DNA from: Octopus sinensis
Taxonomy: Eukaryota
DNA length: 52,084 nucleotides
Reading direction: 5' to 3'
Assembly (NCBI RefSeq): GCF_006345805.1
Contig: NW_021833978.1
Location: forward strand, 1-52,084
Below the pieces are notes generated by a model. It did no database searches. It was given only the letters and a program-made list of their open reading frames with translations, and was not told where the DNA came from. How positions within the stretch are numbered: position 1 is the first letter of the stretch; each line of letters begins with the position of its first letter. Both the position numbers and the translations under genes were made by a program. Shown piece by piece: positions 51,961 to 52,084 of the stretch.

Positions 51961-52084
51961 CTAGCCGTACGCCCGGCGTTGCTCGGGTCTGTAAGGGAAA
52001 TAACTATATAAGCATTTTTAGAGAGTTAAAGGTATAATAGCCATCTCAATATGGCTAACCACAAGGAGTGGGTGTTTTTACTGT
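51961..52084 (-). mobile_element. Helitron 3' end (same family as 13716-14113), runs off the window
   Basis: CTAG..CCCGGCGTTGCTCGGG..GTAAGGGAAATAACTATATAAGCATTT is the reverse complement of 14060-14113. Confidence 0.85.

Overview
AT-rich, repeat-saturated eukaryotic DNA with no confidently callable host gene. The SINE families and extreme (TA)n/(CA)n density suggest an octopus-like cephalopod genome (inference from memory, not searched). Almost all ORFs in the track are microsatellite artefacts. Recognisable content: three abundant tRNA-derived SINE families (labelled A, B, C here), mariner fragments and a MITE, Helitrons (one with a RepHel remnant), an RTE-like 3' end, a probable Dong/R4-type derivative in (ATT)n, and an internally deleted Tx1/L1-like LINE. 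Two things stand out. (1) At 1271-2913 a ~500-bp tandem-plus-inverted repeat carries a complete type I hammerhead ribozyme fold, intact on both strands, with a palindromic stem III; this is a Penelope-type, retrozyme-like candidate circRNA source. Three other degenerate hammerhead-like motifs occur elsewhere. (2) The Tx1-like LINE sits in one specific site (GGTATTTCGT) of the family C SINE head and shares its 3' tail with the ~184-bp units that build head-to-tail arrays at that same site, suggesting a SINE-targeting LINE plus a self-inserting SINE.
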